Both the position numbers and the translations under genes were made by a program. Shown here one piece after another: positions 62,631-64,000 of a DNA stretch of 64,000 nucleotides. The notes below the pieces were generated by a model. That model saw nothing but the letters and a program-made list of their open reading frames with translations, did not search any database and was not told the DNA's origin. Each line of letters starts with the position of its first letter. Position 1 is the stretch's first letter. The DNA is from Camelus ferus (taxonomy: Eukaryota): NCBI RefSeq assembly GCF_009834535.1, contig NC_045696.1, positions 46,130,001 through 46,194,000 on the forward strand. Reading direction: 5' to 3'.

Positions 62631-64000
62631 ATTAAAACACAGATTCTTGATTTAACAGAGTCTAACATAATTTAGTACTTTTCTTCCAAGATAATGCAGC
62701 AAACTTAGAGCACGTGACCTCATGTTTACCACTCCAGATTTATACGACACTGTTACCATGTGTTTTAACTCCATATATTTTAAATTCCAAAGATGATAAT
62801 GATGATGATAATAATAATAATAATAAACATTTCTTTAGGTTTGCTTACATATTTGCCCTTTTTGGTGCTCTTTACTTTTCCTTGCACTTCCAGTCATCTG
62901 TGTGGAATCATTTCTCTTTTCCTACTGAAGGACAGGTTTTAGTATTTCTTTTAGTGTGAATCTGCTAGTGATGAATTTTCTGTTTTTGGTTGTATGAAAA
63001 TGCCTTTATTTCACTTTCATTCATAAAGAAAATTTTCAGTGGAAAAAGGATTCTAAATTAGCATTGGATTTTTCAACACTTATTTCATTGTCCTCTAGCT
63101 TCTACTGTTTTTATTTAGCTCATTAACTTGAATCTTTCTTCTTTTCTAATATATGTATTTAAAACTAAAAATCTCTCTCAGCATGGCTTTAGCTACATAC
63201 CATGAGTTTAGACAGCTAATCCTTCTTTGATTCCTGTGGAGTTACAAAAACTGTTTTCCAACTGCTTTTAAGCATTTCTCTGTCTTTGTAGTTCATCAGT
63301 TTTACTATTACATATCTATGAGTGATTTTGCTTTTATTTGCTCTGCTTGGGTTTCATAAAGCACCCTAAATCTGTGGCTTGATGTTTTCAATCATTTTTG
63401 AAAAATTAAAAGTCCATTATTACTTCAAATATACTCCTGCTTTATTTTCTTTCTCCTCTCCTCCAGGAACTCTGATTAGCCACATGTTAAACCTTTCTCA
63501 GACAATCCCCTCAGCATCCTCTAATACTTTAGCTACTTTCTATCTTTAAACAATATTTTCTTTGAACTATCTTCTGATTCATTAATTCTCTCTTCTGCTG
63601 GATTTAATCTGATTCCATATTCATTATGAAATTCTTAATTTCAGGGATCTTAAAAACTTACTTTAGTTATAAAGCTTCCATTTCATCCCCTGGTAAAATT
63701 ACCTTGAACATAGTCAGCATAGTTACTTTAAAATCTGCATCCAGTACCTGCATTTTCTCGAACTCCTGTGGCTCTTTTACATTATTTATTGTTTCTCTTA
63801 AATTTTGATCATATTCTTTTACATACTTATGTGCCTTTCATTACTTATTTTCTTGAGTGCCAGATATTGAATATTGAAAATTTTTAGAATGAAATTTAGG
63901 CCTACATTATCTTTCCAGAGAGAGATTTTTATATTCCTTTTGGCAAGTGGTTAAGGGCTTTAACAATCTAGGGTCACTTTAGTGTTATTTTAGAAGCTGA

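Larger units (their letters stand above)
56690..64000 (-). mobile_element. Patchwork of old minus-strand L1 fragments (ORF2 to spacer/ORF1), multiply interrupted
   Basis: T-rich reverse L1 motifs (ctctgttcagttccattgatc; ttgggattgcactgaatc; ttattgtactggctagg; ttccactatggtcag). Confidence 0.8.

Noticed and set aside
1..64000. CRISPR arrays, tRNA/rRNA genes, prokaryotic operons
   Set aside because: None seen; the sequence is mammalian interspersed-repeat DNA.

Overview
Repeat-dense, AT-rich mammalian (eutherian) DNA, intergenic or deep-intronic; no host protein-coding gene could be identified with confidence. No Alu, B1/B2, Bov-A/BovB, PRE-1 or SINEC-type SINEs were seen. With the style of the young L1 3' UTRs this suggests a laurasiatherian, probably camelid, genome (inference from recalled consensus sequences). 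The main feature is a young full-length ~7.07 kb LINE-1 (34397-41471) with a perfect 18-bp TSD, CpG-rich 5' UTR, intact ORF1, a 403-nt inter-ORF spacer and an ORF2 disabled by two stops and one frameshift. The spacer holds a Kozak-context 75-codon ORF that ends just past the ORF2 AUG and follows a splice-acceptor-like site; an older L1 here has an open frame in the corresponding region. The rest is layered fossils: old and nested L1s, an env-bearing ERV1 remnant, an LTR16/ERV-L provirus with nested MLT1/MLT2 LTRs, a hAT-Charlie transposase fossil, MITEs, MIR/L2/CR1 and microsatellites. Repeat subfamily names are from memory and boundaries of old repeats are approximate.
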